Source: an uncultured Thermoplasmatales archaeon (GTDB taxonomy: Archaea > Thermoplasmatota > Thermoplasmata > Thermoplasmatales > GCA-001856825). Taken from it: a stretch of DNA of 64,000 nt. The stretch covers positions 1,242 through 65,241 of the forward strand of contig CAZIOW010000001.1 of the NCBI GenBank assembly GCA_964541025.1, given 5' to 3'. Both the position numbers and the translations under genes were made by a program. Below, in pieces: positions 37,835 to 46,245 of this stretch; the stretch's first letter is position 1, and every line of letters begins with the position of its first letter. The notes under the pieces were generated by a model, which saw only the letters and a list, made by a program, of their open reading frames with translations, was not told where the DNA came from and did not search any database.

Positions 37835-38803
37835 TTACTTTTTCTTCCTGTAAGCTACTACTCCGAGCGCTGCTATTATGATTATTATTGTTATGAGCAC
37901 TCCTGCGATTATGGACTCGGAATTAAGTCCAAGGAATGAGCTGGTTGAACTGCTTTCAACCACGAGTGTATTTGCCGAATTCACTTTGGCATATCCTGTG
38001 ACTGCGATGGTGGAAGAAGGATCATAATGAATTGAAATAGAATAGTTTCCAGAACTGTTTTCTAAAGTTCCAAACATCTGATTAGTGAAATTCCAGGAAC
38101 TGTTATACCATATATCTCTGCCATAGTTGTATGAGAATATCGTGGTATTGGTGGACGAATTATATTCCCTGTTCCACTGACTCAGGGGTACATTGAAAAC
38201 CTGGAAGTCAAGTGAATGCATATCTTTCACACCGCTAGGAATACCCCAGTTGTGGCCTCCAAAACCATCTCCCATGAACATCTGGTCACCCATATCGTTA
38301 ACATCGATTTCACGGCCATTTATTGTGCTCATCAATTCTCCCTGCACCCTGAAGGCTCTCCAGCTCATATCAATGATATAGTGACCATTGACCTCTTTCA
38401 ATATATTAGTGATGCTCATTTCCAAGGTCAGATTCCTGTAAACCTTCATTGTAGTATTATTTGCGACTGCTTTGTAGCTGTAAAGTATAGTTGCGTTAAC
38501 CACGTGGGGAGTGAATCCACTTGTGCTGTTATTGCTCTCATTCTCTATCGACTGATCAAGAATACCGATGGAACTGGAGGTTATGGTACTAGATCCGTTA
38601 AAGTAAAAATTCTTTCCTGACAGAGCCTGTGATAGCATAGAACCATTTGGGTAGTTTAGAACCATCACATAGTTGCTTGTTGCATTTACATCCGCAACAT
38701 TGGTATGCGTATTGATGGTAGCATTGATCTGTGCCCCGCTCGCGAGAGGCACCATGGCCATTGCCAAGACCAATATGCCTACCATAATAGTTAGCGATCT
38801 CAT
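37835..38803 (-). CDS. surface glycoprotein-like protein (signal peptide, C-terminal TM anchor)
   Basis: Signal peptide MRSLTIMVGILVLAMAMVPLASGA. More than a dozen N-x-S/T sequons. C-terminal IIAGVLITIIIIIAALGVVAY followed by RKKK. Confidence 0.7.
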   Translation of the reverse strand: MRSLTIMVGILVLAMAMVPLASGAQINATINTHTNVADVNATSNYVMVLNYPNGSMLSQALSGKNFYFNGSSTITSSSIGILDQSIENESNNSTSGFTPHVVNATILYSYKAVANNTTMKVYRNLTLEMSITNILKEVNGHYIIDMSWRAFRVQGELMSTINGREIDVNDMGDQMFMGDGFGGHNWGIPSGVKDMHSLDFQVFNVPLSQWNREYNSSTNTTIFSYNYGRDIWYNSSWNFTNQMFGTLENSSGNYSISIHYDPSSTIAVTGYAKVNSANTLVVESSSTSSFLGLNSESIIAGVLITIIIIIAALGVVAYRKKK

Positions 38804-38886
38804 AATTTCCTATCAATGAACTATATAAACTTTTTATGGTACACAAATAGAAAATTAGTACAATTTTCAAAAAAAAGAAAGAAATT

Positions 38887-39828
38887 TTATGGATACTTCT
38901 CTACGGATTTTATCTCCAGTTCCGACTCCTCAAACTCCTGCTCGCTTATCCTTGAAATTGACTTGAAGAATGAATCAAGGGTGTTTTTTTCAAATACCAT
39001 TGAAACTTTTGCCCTGTCACCCTTCAGTTCCATTTCATAACTGAAAGGAAGGTCCAGATCTGATGTTTTATAAGGATCAATGAGTATCCCCTGTTCAGGG
39101 ACTTTAGCGAAAAATATTTTCTTATCGGAATTTGCTTTCTTTATCTTCTTGTAATCCATTGCAACCTCTGCAAGTTTCTTTTCCCATTCTGTACTGTCGC
39201 CCGAGACTTCATAGAAAAGTTCTAGATAACCAGCGATATCCACATACCTTGTTGCTACTTCAGCCTCCAATCCCTTCACCTTCTTCGCAACTTCCAGAGT
39301 AAAGGAATTTTTTGGTATTACATAAAAAACAAGTTTTCTCATTTCAATTGATTTTATATTCTCCTTTAGCCACTCCTCGTTGCTCCTTACAGGGCCCAGG
39401 TAATCAATGCTGAAATAATCTCTCTTGTCTGCATCCTTAAAGATAACACGTTGCAGCTGTGCTGAGAATTCATTGAAATATTTTATCCTCAGAATCACGT
39501 CGCCATCCCTCACAAGGACCGGAATCTCAATGAAGGCACCCTTCACGCTCAGTAGCATATCAATCATTTCACATATGTAACATTCCTCAGATATTCTGAC
39601 TGTCACTCCTGCTTTTCTTTCTGTCATTTCGATTTCCTTTGCCCTTATTGCCTTTCTGAGGTCGTCCATTGACTTCCCTTCACGGAGATATGTTACGGAG
39701 GCCTCAGTATTGTTGCCTCTCTTGTAAAAGTTCAGGAATCCGTTAAATCCATAAACCTTTGAAAAATAGCTGATTGGAGATCTCATATCCTGAAATCTGA
39801 CAATCATTTCACTATCAAATTCAATCAT
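38887..39828 (-). CDS. hypothetical protein (313 aa), no recognisable domain
   Basis: Long ATG-started ORF with normal-looking composition, preceded by a 244-bp AT-rich intergenic region. No motif I can name. Confidence 0.6.
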   Translation of the reverse strand: MIEFDSEMIVRFQDMRSPISYFSKVYGFNGFLNFYKRGNNTEASVTYLREGKSMDDLRKAIRAKEIEMTERKAGVTVRISEECYICEMIDMLLSVKGAFIEIPVLVRDGDVILRIKYFNEFSAQLQRVIFKDADKRDYFSIDYLGPVRSNEEWLKENIKSIEMRKLVFYVIPKNSFTLEVAKKVKGLEAEVATRYVDIAGYLELFYEVSGDSTEWEKKLAEVAMDYKKIKKANSDKKIFFAKVPEQGILIDPYKTSDLDLPFSYEMELKGDRAKVSMVFEKNTLDSFFKSISRISEQEFEESELEIKSVEKYP

Positions 39829-40072
39829 AGCGGATTAATTTTTCTTTAATTAAATATTTTTTCTAATAACATTCTATTCCAATGATAACAAGATTTCTAA
39901 AAAAATTTTTATAAATTACCAGTTTCACCCTTAAATAACTATAAAAATAATAATTTAGAACAAAATTTCTTTTAAATCATTATAATATTATATTTTAATC
40001 CTATCTTCCTAAAAACTATAACTAAATTTATAAACTTTTTTGTATTCACATGTGCGCTCAAGTGAAAACTGA

Positions 40073-40489
40073 ATGACTGTAACTGAAAGCATTGTAGCTG
40101 ATGGACCTATTACCGTGGACCTAATGGCCAGAGCTATCTCTAATGGGATGAGCAGGCAAAGCAAGAGGATGAGTGAACAGGAAGCTTATGAAATTGCCTT
40201 CCATGTTCTGAATTTCTTCGGGTATAGCAGATATGTAATCGATAATATGCTTGAACCTGAAGACAGGGATGCTTTTTACATGCTCGAAGACCTCGGCATT
40301 TTAGATACAGAGAGGGAGGAAACTACTCTCTTTGATGGAAGAGAATGGAGAATTCACTACTGGCTTATAAAACCTGAGAATGTCAGAAGGCTTGCCCAGG
40401 GAGATGGAAGCGAATATGTAAGGGAGGCTCCAACCGAAGGCATGGTTTATGACGAGCTTCCAGATGATTTTTGGAAAGCAAGGGAATGA
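40073..40489 (+). CDS. hypothetical protein (138 aa)
   Basis: ATG-started ORF ending 3 nt before the ABCE1 start, so probably co-transcribed. Acidic, with no recognised motif. Confidence 0.6.
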   Translation: MTVTESIVADGPITVDLMARAISNGMSRQSKRMSEQEAYEIAFHVLNFFGYSRYVIDNMLEPEDRDAFYMLEDLGILDTEREETTLFDGREWRIHYWLIKPENVRRLAQGDGSEYVREAPTEGMVYDELPDDFWKARE

Positions 40490-40492
40490 CAG

Positions 40493-42247
40493 ATGCACAT
40501 TGCCGTTATAGACAATGATAAATGTCATTTTAAAAAGTGCAGGCAGGAGTGCCAATACTACTGTCCTCCAGTAAGAAATGGAACTATGACTGTTGAGTTT
40601 GGAGAAGACGGATATCCTGTTATTCACGAGGATATTTGCCTTGGATGCGGTATATGTGCTCACAGATGTCCCTACCAGGCAATAAAAATAATTGGGCTTC
40701 CAGAAAGACAGGCTGGAAAAGAGGTTCACAGATACGGCGAGAATGGATTCGCCCTGTATGGCATTCCTTCAATGGAAGTTAAGGGTGTCATAGGTATTCT
40801 CGGGCAAAATGGTACAGGGAAAACAACAATACTGAACATATTAACGGGAAATATCATACCGAACTTCGCCAAGGAAAATAAAAGCAAGGAAGAAGTAGTC
40901 AAGAAATACAAAGGTACATATTTAGGTAAGTATCTTGAGGATATTTATTCTGGGAAGAGCAAAATTTCACTAAAGCCACAGTATGTTGACCTCATACCCA
41001 AATATTATTCTGGAACAGTTCAGCAACTGTTGTCACAGTATGGCAATGGTGTTTCAGAAACACTACAGAAACTAGGAATGGAAGGGATAGAAAATCAGGA
41101 TGTAAAGATTCTCTCAGGTGGTGAACTGCAATCAGTGGCCATTGCAGCTGCGCTGCTTAAAGAGGCAGACATATACTTCTTCGATGAACCTTCTTCATAT
41201 CTGGATATTTCTCAGAGGCTGAGAGTCGCGTCCATTATTAGGGATCTGGCCCAGAGAAAGAAGGTGATAATTGTAGAGCATGACCTCGCTATACTTGATT
41301 TCATCACAGATAACATATACCTTACCTACGGTGAATCAAGAGCCTATGGTATCGTCAGCAATGCATATTCAACAAGGCAGGCGATAAACACATATCTGGA
41401 AGGTTTCATAAAACAGGAGAATGTGAAATTCAGGGACTATCAGATAAAGTTCGTCAAGAAGCCCCCGGAGATAGATCAGAGCATCGCCCCATTGATATCA
41501 TGGGGAGAAATGCACAAGGGATTTGAAAAATTTTCACTGAAAGTGAATCCAGGTTCCTTAAGACATGGACAGGTAGTTGGTGTAATCGGGCCAAATGGTA
41601 CTGGAAAATCAACCTTCGTGAAAATTATGGCAGGTGAAATGAAGCCTGATGATTATGAATTCAACATGCTCCTTAAAACATCCTATAAACAACAAAGTCC
41701 CCCATCAGAGTACAATGAAACAGTTCTGGAATTCCTTGAAAGGGAAATAGGTGATAGAGCAGGAGAGAACGATTTCAAGAATGAAATCATGAGACCTCTG
41801 AATCTGGAAACAATAGGGGAAAATCTAGTCTCTGAATTGTCAGGTGGGGACCTGCAAAAGGTTCACATTGCTAAAACACTGGGAAAGCCAGCGGATCTTT
41901 ATGTACTGGATGAACCTTCTGCATATCTTGATTCAGATCAGAGAATGATTGTTGCAAGAATGCTTAAGAGATTTACAGAAAATAACAAGAAAACAGCTCT
42001 TGTAGTGGATCACGATATTTATTTCATTGACTTAATAGCAACCTCTCTGATGGTTTTCAACGGGGAAAGGGGAAAGTGGGGCGAAACATATGGACCTATG
42101 AATATGAAGGATGGAATGAACCTTTTCCTGAAGAATATTAATCTAACATTCAGGAGAGATGAAAACACCCTCCGTCCAAGGATAAACAAGCCTGATTCTA
42201 GAATGGATCTTGAACAGAAAAAAGCAGGAGAATATTATTACTATTGA
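40493..42247 (+). CDS. abce1: ribosome-recycling ATPase ABCE1 (RNase L inhibitor homolog)
   Basis: N-terminal 2x[4Fe-4S] cysteines (CRQECQYYCP, CLGCGICAHRCP). Twin ABC cassettes (GQNGTGKTT/LSGGELQ and GPNGTGKST/LSGGDLQ). Confidence 0.93.
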   Translation: MHIAVIDNDKCHFKKCRQECQYYCPPVRNGTMTVEFGEDGYPVIHEDICLGCGICAHRCPYQAIKIIGLPERQAGKEVHRYGENGFALYGIPSMEVKGVIGILGQNGTGKTTILNILTGNIIPNFAKENKSKEEVVKKYKGTYLGKYLEDIYSGKSKISLKPQYVDLIPKYYSGTVQQLLSQYGNGVSETLQKLGMEGIENQDVKILSGGELQSVAIAAALLKEADIYFFDEPSSYLDISQRLRVASIIRDLAQRKKVIIVEHDLAILDFITDNIYLTYGESRAYGIVSNAYSTRQAINTYLEGFIKQENVKFRDYQIKFVKKPPEIDQSIAPLISWGEMHKGFEKFSLKVNPGSLRHGQVVGVIGPNGTGKSTFVKIMAGEMKPDDYEFNMLLKTSYKQQSPPSEYNETVLEFLEREIGDRAGENDFKNEIMRPLNLETIGENLVSELSGGDLQKVHIAKTLGKPADLYVLDEPSAYLDSDQRMIVARMLKRFTENNKKTALVVDHDIYFIDLIATSLMVFNGERGKWGETYGPMNMKDGMNLFLKNINLTFRRDENTLRPRINKPDSRMDLEQKKAGEYYYY

Positions 42248-42320
42248 GCAAGAGTGTTATGGATTTTTTATTAGAAATATGACCTAAACTTTTATAAATG
42301 ATGATATTTTTTAGATTCGG

Positions 42321-43622
42321 GTGAATTTTTTGACACGAAAAGTTGCCATGGTGGCTGGAGGAGTCACGTATTTTTCAAAAGCAAGGAAGGACAAAACTCA
42401 GGAAGAACTGGTGGCAGAGGCTGCACGAATGGCCCTCTATGATAATGACATAAATCTGGACAAATCTGAAATCGATGGTTCAGTTACTGGATATTTCTCG
42501 GATCATTTTGAGCAGCAGCTTAAGTTTGGAGCAATAATTACGGATTACCTTGGACTGAATCCAAAGAGCCACGTGAGGATAGAAGGGGGAGGGGCAACCG
42601 GCGGTCTTGCAATAAGGGAGGGTTACGCACAGGTAGCTTCCGGATTGCTTGACGTTGTCATGGTCATAGGGTTCGAGAAGATGTCAGAGGTGAATACAGC
42701 CAAGGGAAATGAATTCATAGCTCTTGCATCGGATACAGACTTTGATTTTCCTGTAGGTGGATACTACAGCGGATACTATGCATTGATGGCTAGGAGGCAC
42801 ATGGAAGAATTTGGAACTACAGAGGAGCAGATGGCAATGGTAGCTGTAAAAAACAGAAACAATGCGCAGCACAATAAATTTGCACAGACAAACCCAAAGA
42901 TGAATCCATATGGCATGAAGGATGGGGGTTCCATAAAGGTAGAGGATGTTCTGAAATCACCATACATAGCATATCCCCTGAAAAGACTCGATATATGCCT
43001 GATGAGCGATGGGGCATCCGTGGCAATACTTGCATCAGAGGAAAAGGCGAAGAAGATCACAGATACCCCTGTATGGATTACTGGGAGCGGAGCTGGCTCA
43101 GATGCAATGAGAGCAGGTGACAGGCCAAGAGATAAAAAGAGCCTCCCGTTATTACCGCACGAAAAACCTGAATGGTACAAGAATCTCGATTATCCCGGTG
43201 TTCACTCATTCCGTGCTGGAAGGGAAGCTGCGAGGCAGGCTTACAAGATGGCCGGCATAACAAATCCGCTGAAAGAACTGGATGTTATAGAGTTACATGA
43301 TGCGTACACAAGCAGCGAAATTCAGACTTACGAGGATCTTGGACTTGCCAAGTATGGAGAGGGTGGGAAACTAGTTCAGGAAGGTCAAACACTTGTTGAC
43401 GGAGAAGTTGCTGTTAACCCTTCGGGAGGGCTCATTGGAAACATGCACGCTGTAGGTGCTACCGGAATAATGCAGGCTGTTGAGGTTTTCTGGCAGCTGC
43501 AGGGAGTGGCTGGTAAATTCCATGGATCAGATAAGACCCAAGTCAAGGGAGCAGAAACAGGTCTCATTCATTCCCACGCAGGAACCGGAACTTATGTCAC
43601 TGTATCTGTCCTGAGGAGGTGA
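42321..43622 (+). CDS. thiolase-fold (SCP2/archaeal-thiolase-like) protein lacking both catalytic cysteines
   Basis: Aligns by eye to SCP2-type thiolases: DYLGL...RIEGGGATGG (expected VEnaCaSGG), VIGFEKMS, ELHDAYT (expected HDCF), VNPSGG and NMHAVGATG. The start is ambiguous: GTG 42321, TTG 42330 (GGGTGA lies 5 nt upstream) or ATG 42348. Confidence 0.8.
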   Translation: MNFLTRKVAMVAGGVTYFSKARKDKTQEELVAEAARMALYDNDINLDKSEIDGSVTGYFSDHFEQQLKFGAIITDYLGLNPKSHVRIEGGGATGGLAIREGYAQVASGLLDVVMVIGFEKMSEVNTAKGNEFIALASDTDFDFPVGGYYSGYYALMARRHMEEFGTTEEQMAMVAVKNRNNAQHNKFAQTNPKMNPYGMKDGGSIKVEDVLKSPYIAYPLKRLDICLMSDGASVAILASEEKAKKITDTPVWITGSGAGSDAMRAGDRPRDKKSLPLLPHEKPEWYKNLDYPGVHSFRAGREAARQAYKMAGITNPLKELDVIELHDAYTSSEIQTYEDLGLAKYGEGGKLVQEGQTLVDGEVAVNPSGGLIGNMHAVGATGIMQAVEVFWQLQGVAGKFHGSDKTQVKGAETGLIHSHAGTGTYVTVSVLRR

Positions 43623-43627
43623 AAAAT

Positions 43628-44074
43628 ATGACAGAGGTATTTTCAATAGATCCGCTGATTATAAAGAATGATTATTATATAGAATACAGGCATTCTTATG
43701 GCAAGACAAGCCCATTTTTCACTAATCTTGCAAAGGGCAAGATCATGGCAACACACTGCGAGCATTGCAACAAGACATACCTTCCCCCAAGGAATGACTG
43801 CCCCCAGTGTCTTAGGGAGACAAAATGGGTCGAGATATCAGGCAAGGGGACAATACACACATTCTCAACCATGTACTTTGCAGGAGAAAAATTCCTGAAA
43901 GATGTGCCATTTTACTTAGCATATGTGGAACTTGAAGGGGTGGACACACTATTTCTAACAAGAATAAAGACAAAGAATCCAGAGAAACTTAAAATAGGAA
44001 TGAAAATAAAATTAAAAACAGCAAGGGATCCTGAATGGAGAGCCACTGATGTCTGGGCGGAACCAGACGAATGA
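43628..44074 (+). CDS. DUF35 Zn-ribbon / OB-fold protein
   Basis: CEHCNKTYLPPRNDCPQC zinc ribbon, then an OB-fold region (WVEISGKGTIHTFS...YLAYVELEG). SD GGAGGTGA (43615-43622) lies 5 nt before ATG 43628. The track start 43619 is GTG. Confidence 0.85.
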   Translation: MTEVFSIDPLIIKNDYYIEYRHSYGKTSPFFTNLAKGKIMATHCEHCNKTYLPPRNDCPQCLRETKWVEISGKGTIHTFSTMYFAGEKFLKDVPFYLAYVELEGVDTLFLTRIKTKNPEKLKIGMKIKLKTARDPEWRATDVWAEPDE

Positions 44075-44075
44075 T

Positions 44076-44912
44076 TCAATATTTATAAAATCCCTCCCCA
44101 CTTTTTTTACCTAATTTTCCTGCTTCAACCATTTTTCGCAAAATTGGTGCAGCCCTGTACTTTGGATCCTTGAATGATTCATACAATGTGTCCATTATAT
44201 TGACCACTGTATCCAACCCTATGAGGTCCCCAAGAGTCAAGGGCCCCATTGGAAAATTACCTCCGAATTTCAATGCCTTGTCTATGTCCTCTTTTGATGC
44301 AAGACCCTCTGCATACTCGAAAGCCCCCTCATTAACTAGCATCACTATAATCCTTGTGGTGACAAATCCCGGGGAATCGTTGACCACAACGTATTCTTTC
44401 TTTATTGTTTTCACGTATTCTACGCTCTTCTGTATAGTCTCCTCTGATGTCCTGAGTCCTTTGATGATTTCAACAAGATTCATCAGTGGAACGGGGTTGA
44501 AGAAATGAATTCCAATGAATCTGTCCGCTCTCCTAGTTGCGGCTGCAAGTGATGTTATGCTGATTGAAGACGTGTTTGATGCGAGAATCGCATTTTCCTT
44601 CAAATGAGGTTCCACCTTGGCATATATTTCTCTCTTCATTGCAAGGTTTTCAACTACCGCTTCAATTACTATGGAACATTCCCCGAATTCTCTGTAATCC
44701 TCCGTGAACTTTATCCTTGAAAGGATTGATTCTTTCTTCTCGGTTATTATTTTCTTTTCCGTCAGCTTGTCAATGCTCTTCCCTATTGAATTAACTGCTT
44801 TCTCATAGATGGACCTGCTCACATCTGTTACAATAACTTCATGTCCTGCCACTGCAGATACCTGAGCTATTCCACTTCCCATTATACCCAATCCTATTAC
44901 TCCTATTTTCAT
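44076..44912 (-). CDS. hbd: 3-hydroxybutyryl-CoA / 3-hydroxyacyl-CoA dehydrogenase
   Basis: MKIGVIGLGIMGSGIA Rossmann motif, SNTSS, and the GIHFFNPVPLM and GFVTTR motifs. Confidence 0.9.
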   Translation of the reverse strand: MKIGVIGLGIMGSGIAQVSAVAGHEVIVTDVSRSIYEKAVNSIGKSIDKLTEKKIITEKKESILSRIKFTEDYREFGECSIVIEAVVENLAMKREIYAKVEPHLKENAILASNTSSISITSLAAATRRADRFIGIHFFNPVPLMNLVEIIKGLRTSEETIQKSVEYVKTIKKEYVVVNDSPGFVTTRIIVMLVNEGAFEYAEGLASKEDIDKALKFGGNFPMGPLTLGDLIGLDTVVNIMDTLYESFKDPKYRAAPILRKMVEAGKLGKKSGEGFYKY

Positions 44913-46088
44913 TCATATCACCTCAATGGCTATTGAATAGGCCCCTCCTCCACCGTGACATATTGTTGCCAGGCCTCTGTGGAGAGACATGTCTTCCAGT
45001 GCCCTTAGCAATGTGATTGTTATCCTTGCGCCAGAAGCTCCAAGGGGGTGGCCCATAGCAACTGCGCCGCCCCTGACATTGAATCTGTCCCAGTCAGCAC
45101 CAAGACCCTGCATTACTGCCAATGAAGCAATGGAAAATGCTTCATTATGCTCTACCAGATCAAACTGTTTTATGTTAAGGTCGAGTTTTTCCATCAGTCT
45201 TTTGGAGGAAGGAACGGGAGAATAAGGGAAATCAAATGGGTCCATCGAAGTTGTATCAACTCCAAGAATCCTTGCCCTTTTTTGAAGTCCATATTTTTTG
45301 ACAGCATCCTCGCTTGCTAGAACAACCGCCGCTCCCCCGTCGGAAAGCTGCGAGGAATTTCCTGCAGTGAGTATTCCGTCCTTTGCGAAGGCAGGTTCAA
45401 GTTTGGAAAGCTGTTCCTTTGAGGTTTCCCTTATACCTTCATCGAAATCAAGTCCATCTATTGGAATAATCTCCTTCTTGAACAGCCCTTTCTTAGTGGA
45501 ATCCATAGCCCTTCTGAAGCTTTCAAAAGAGAAATCGTCTGCCATTTCCCTGGTTATACCGTGCTTCCTTGCCCATTCATCCGCTATGGATCCCATATGC
45601 CTGTGATATTTGAAATCCCAGAGACCATCATTTATCATAGCATCCATTACTGGCCTCGAGGGGTTGAGTCTCTTATCCCCCCACCTAAAACTTGAATCCA
45701 GTATGAAGGGGGAATTGCTCATGCTTTCCATTCCACCTGCAATCATCAGATCTCTTTCTCCAAGTTTTATTGATCTGTAAGCATTGGCAATGGAAAGCAT
45801 TCCTGATGCGCAAACCATGTTTACAGTGGAACCTGATGATTCCACAGGAATTCCGGCCAATATTGCCGCCTGTCTTGCAGGATCCTGACCAAGTCCTGCA
45901 CTTATAACATTTCCCATGACTACTTCTTCCACCTTCTCTTTAGGAATACCTGCATCTTCTATAGCCCCCTTGATTGCAAAGGCACCAAGATCAGTTGCGC
46001 TGAATGATTTCAATCCCTTCCCATACTTGCCTATGGGAGTTCTTTTCAAACCTACTATGTAAACATCACTCACGGAAACACCCCTCAT
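44913..46088 (-). CDS. acetyl-CoA C-acetyltransferase (canonical thiolase II)
   Basis: Nucleophile VNMVCASGM, GHPLGASG, and the C-terminal ICHGGGGA base Cys. Its stop abuts the hbd start. Confidence 0.9.
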   Translation of the reverse strand: MRGVSVSDVYIVGLKRTPIGKYGKGLKSFSATDLGAFAIKGAIEDAGIPKEKVEEVVMGNVISAGLGQDPARQAAILAGIPVESSGSTVNMVCASGMLSIANAYRSIKLGERDLMIAGGMESMSNSPFILDSSFRWGDKRLNPSRPVMDAMINDGLWDFKYHRHMGSIADEWARKHGITREMADDFSFESFRRAMDSTKKGLFKKEIIPIDGLDFDEGIRETSKEQLSKLEPAFAKDGILTAGNSSQLSDGGAAVVLASEDAVKKYGLQKRARILGVDTTSMDPFDFPYSPVPSSKRLMEKLDLNIKQFDLVEHNEAFSIASLAVMQGLGADWDRFNVRGGAVAMGHPLGASGARITITLLRALEDMSLHRGLATICHGGGGAYSIAIEVI

Positions 46089-46245
46089 TGCATAATACCT
46101 CAGCTGAAACTACAAAACTTAATCTGGTTCCTAGATCATCATCTGCCAAGGATATCATTACTGTATGTGTTCATAAAATAAAAGCTTTTGAGATATTGCC
46201 CGCTGATATTAGAGAGATTTATTACCCCAGAAATTATTTATTGGT

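Noticed and set aside
38598-38870. 90-aa minus-strand ORF overlapping the start of the surface-protein gene
   Set aside because: It is in a different frame from the 37835..38803 gene, which has a textbook signal peptide starting at 38803. Its Cys/Gly/His-rich composition is odd and it has no support.
39829-40072. AT-rich 244-bp spacer as a possible replication origin
   Set aside because: I could not see ORB-like repeated boxes, and there is no adjacent orc1/cdc6 gene. Divergent promoters explain the AT-richness. It is retained only as context in a finding.
42684-43567. Cluster of five antisense ORFs (60-134 aa) inside the thiolase-like gene
   Set aside because: These are stop-poor antisense frames caused by the locally GC-richer coding sequence. 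The sense frame has strong thiolase-family similarity along its whole length.
46100-46142. C/D-box sRNA-like pattern on the minus strand (ATGATGA ... CTGA)
   Set aside because: Only about 32 nt separate the boxes. There are no D'/C' boxes and no terminal stem. The CTGA is part of the CTGAGGT Shine-Dalgarno region 9 nt upstream of the thiolase ATG. The simplest reading is a 5' UTR.
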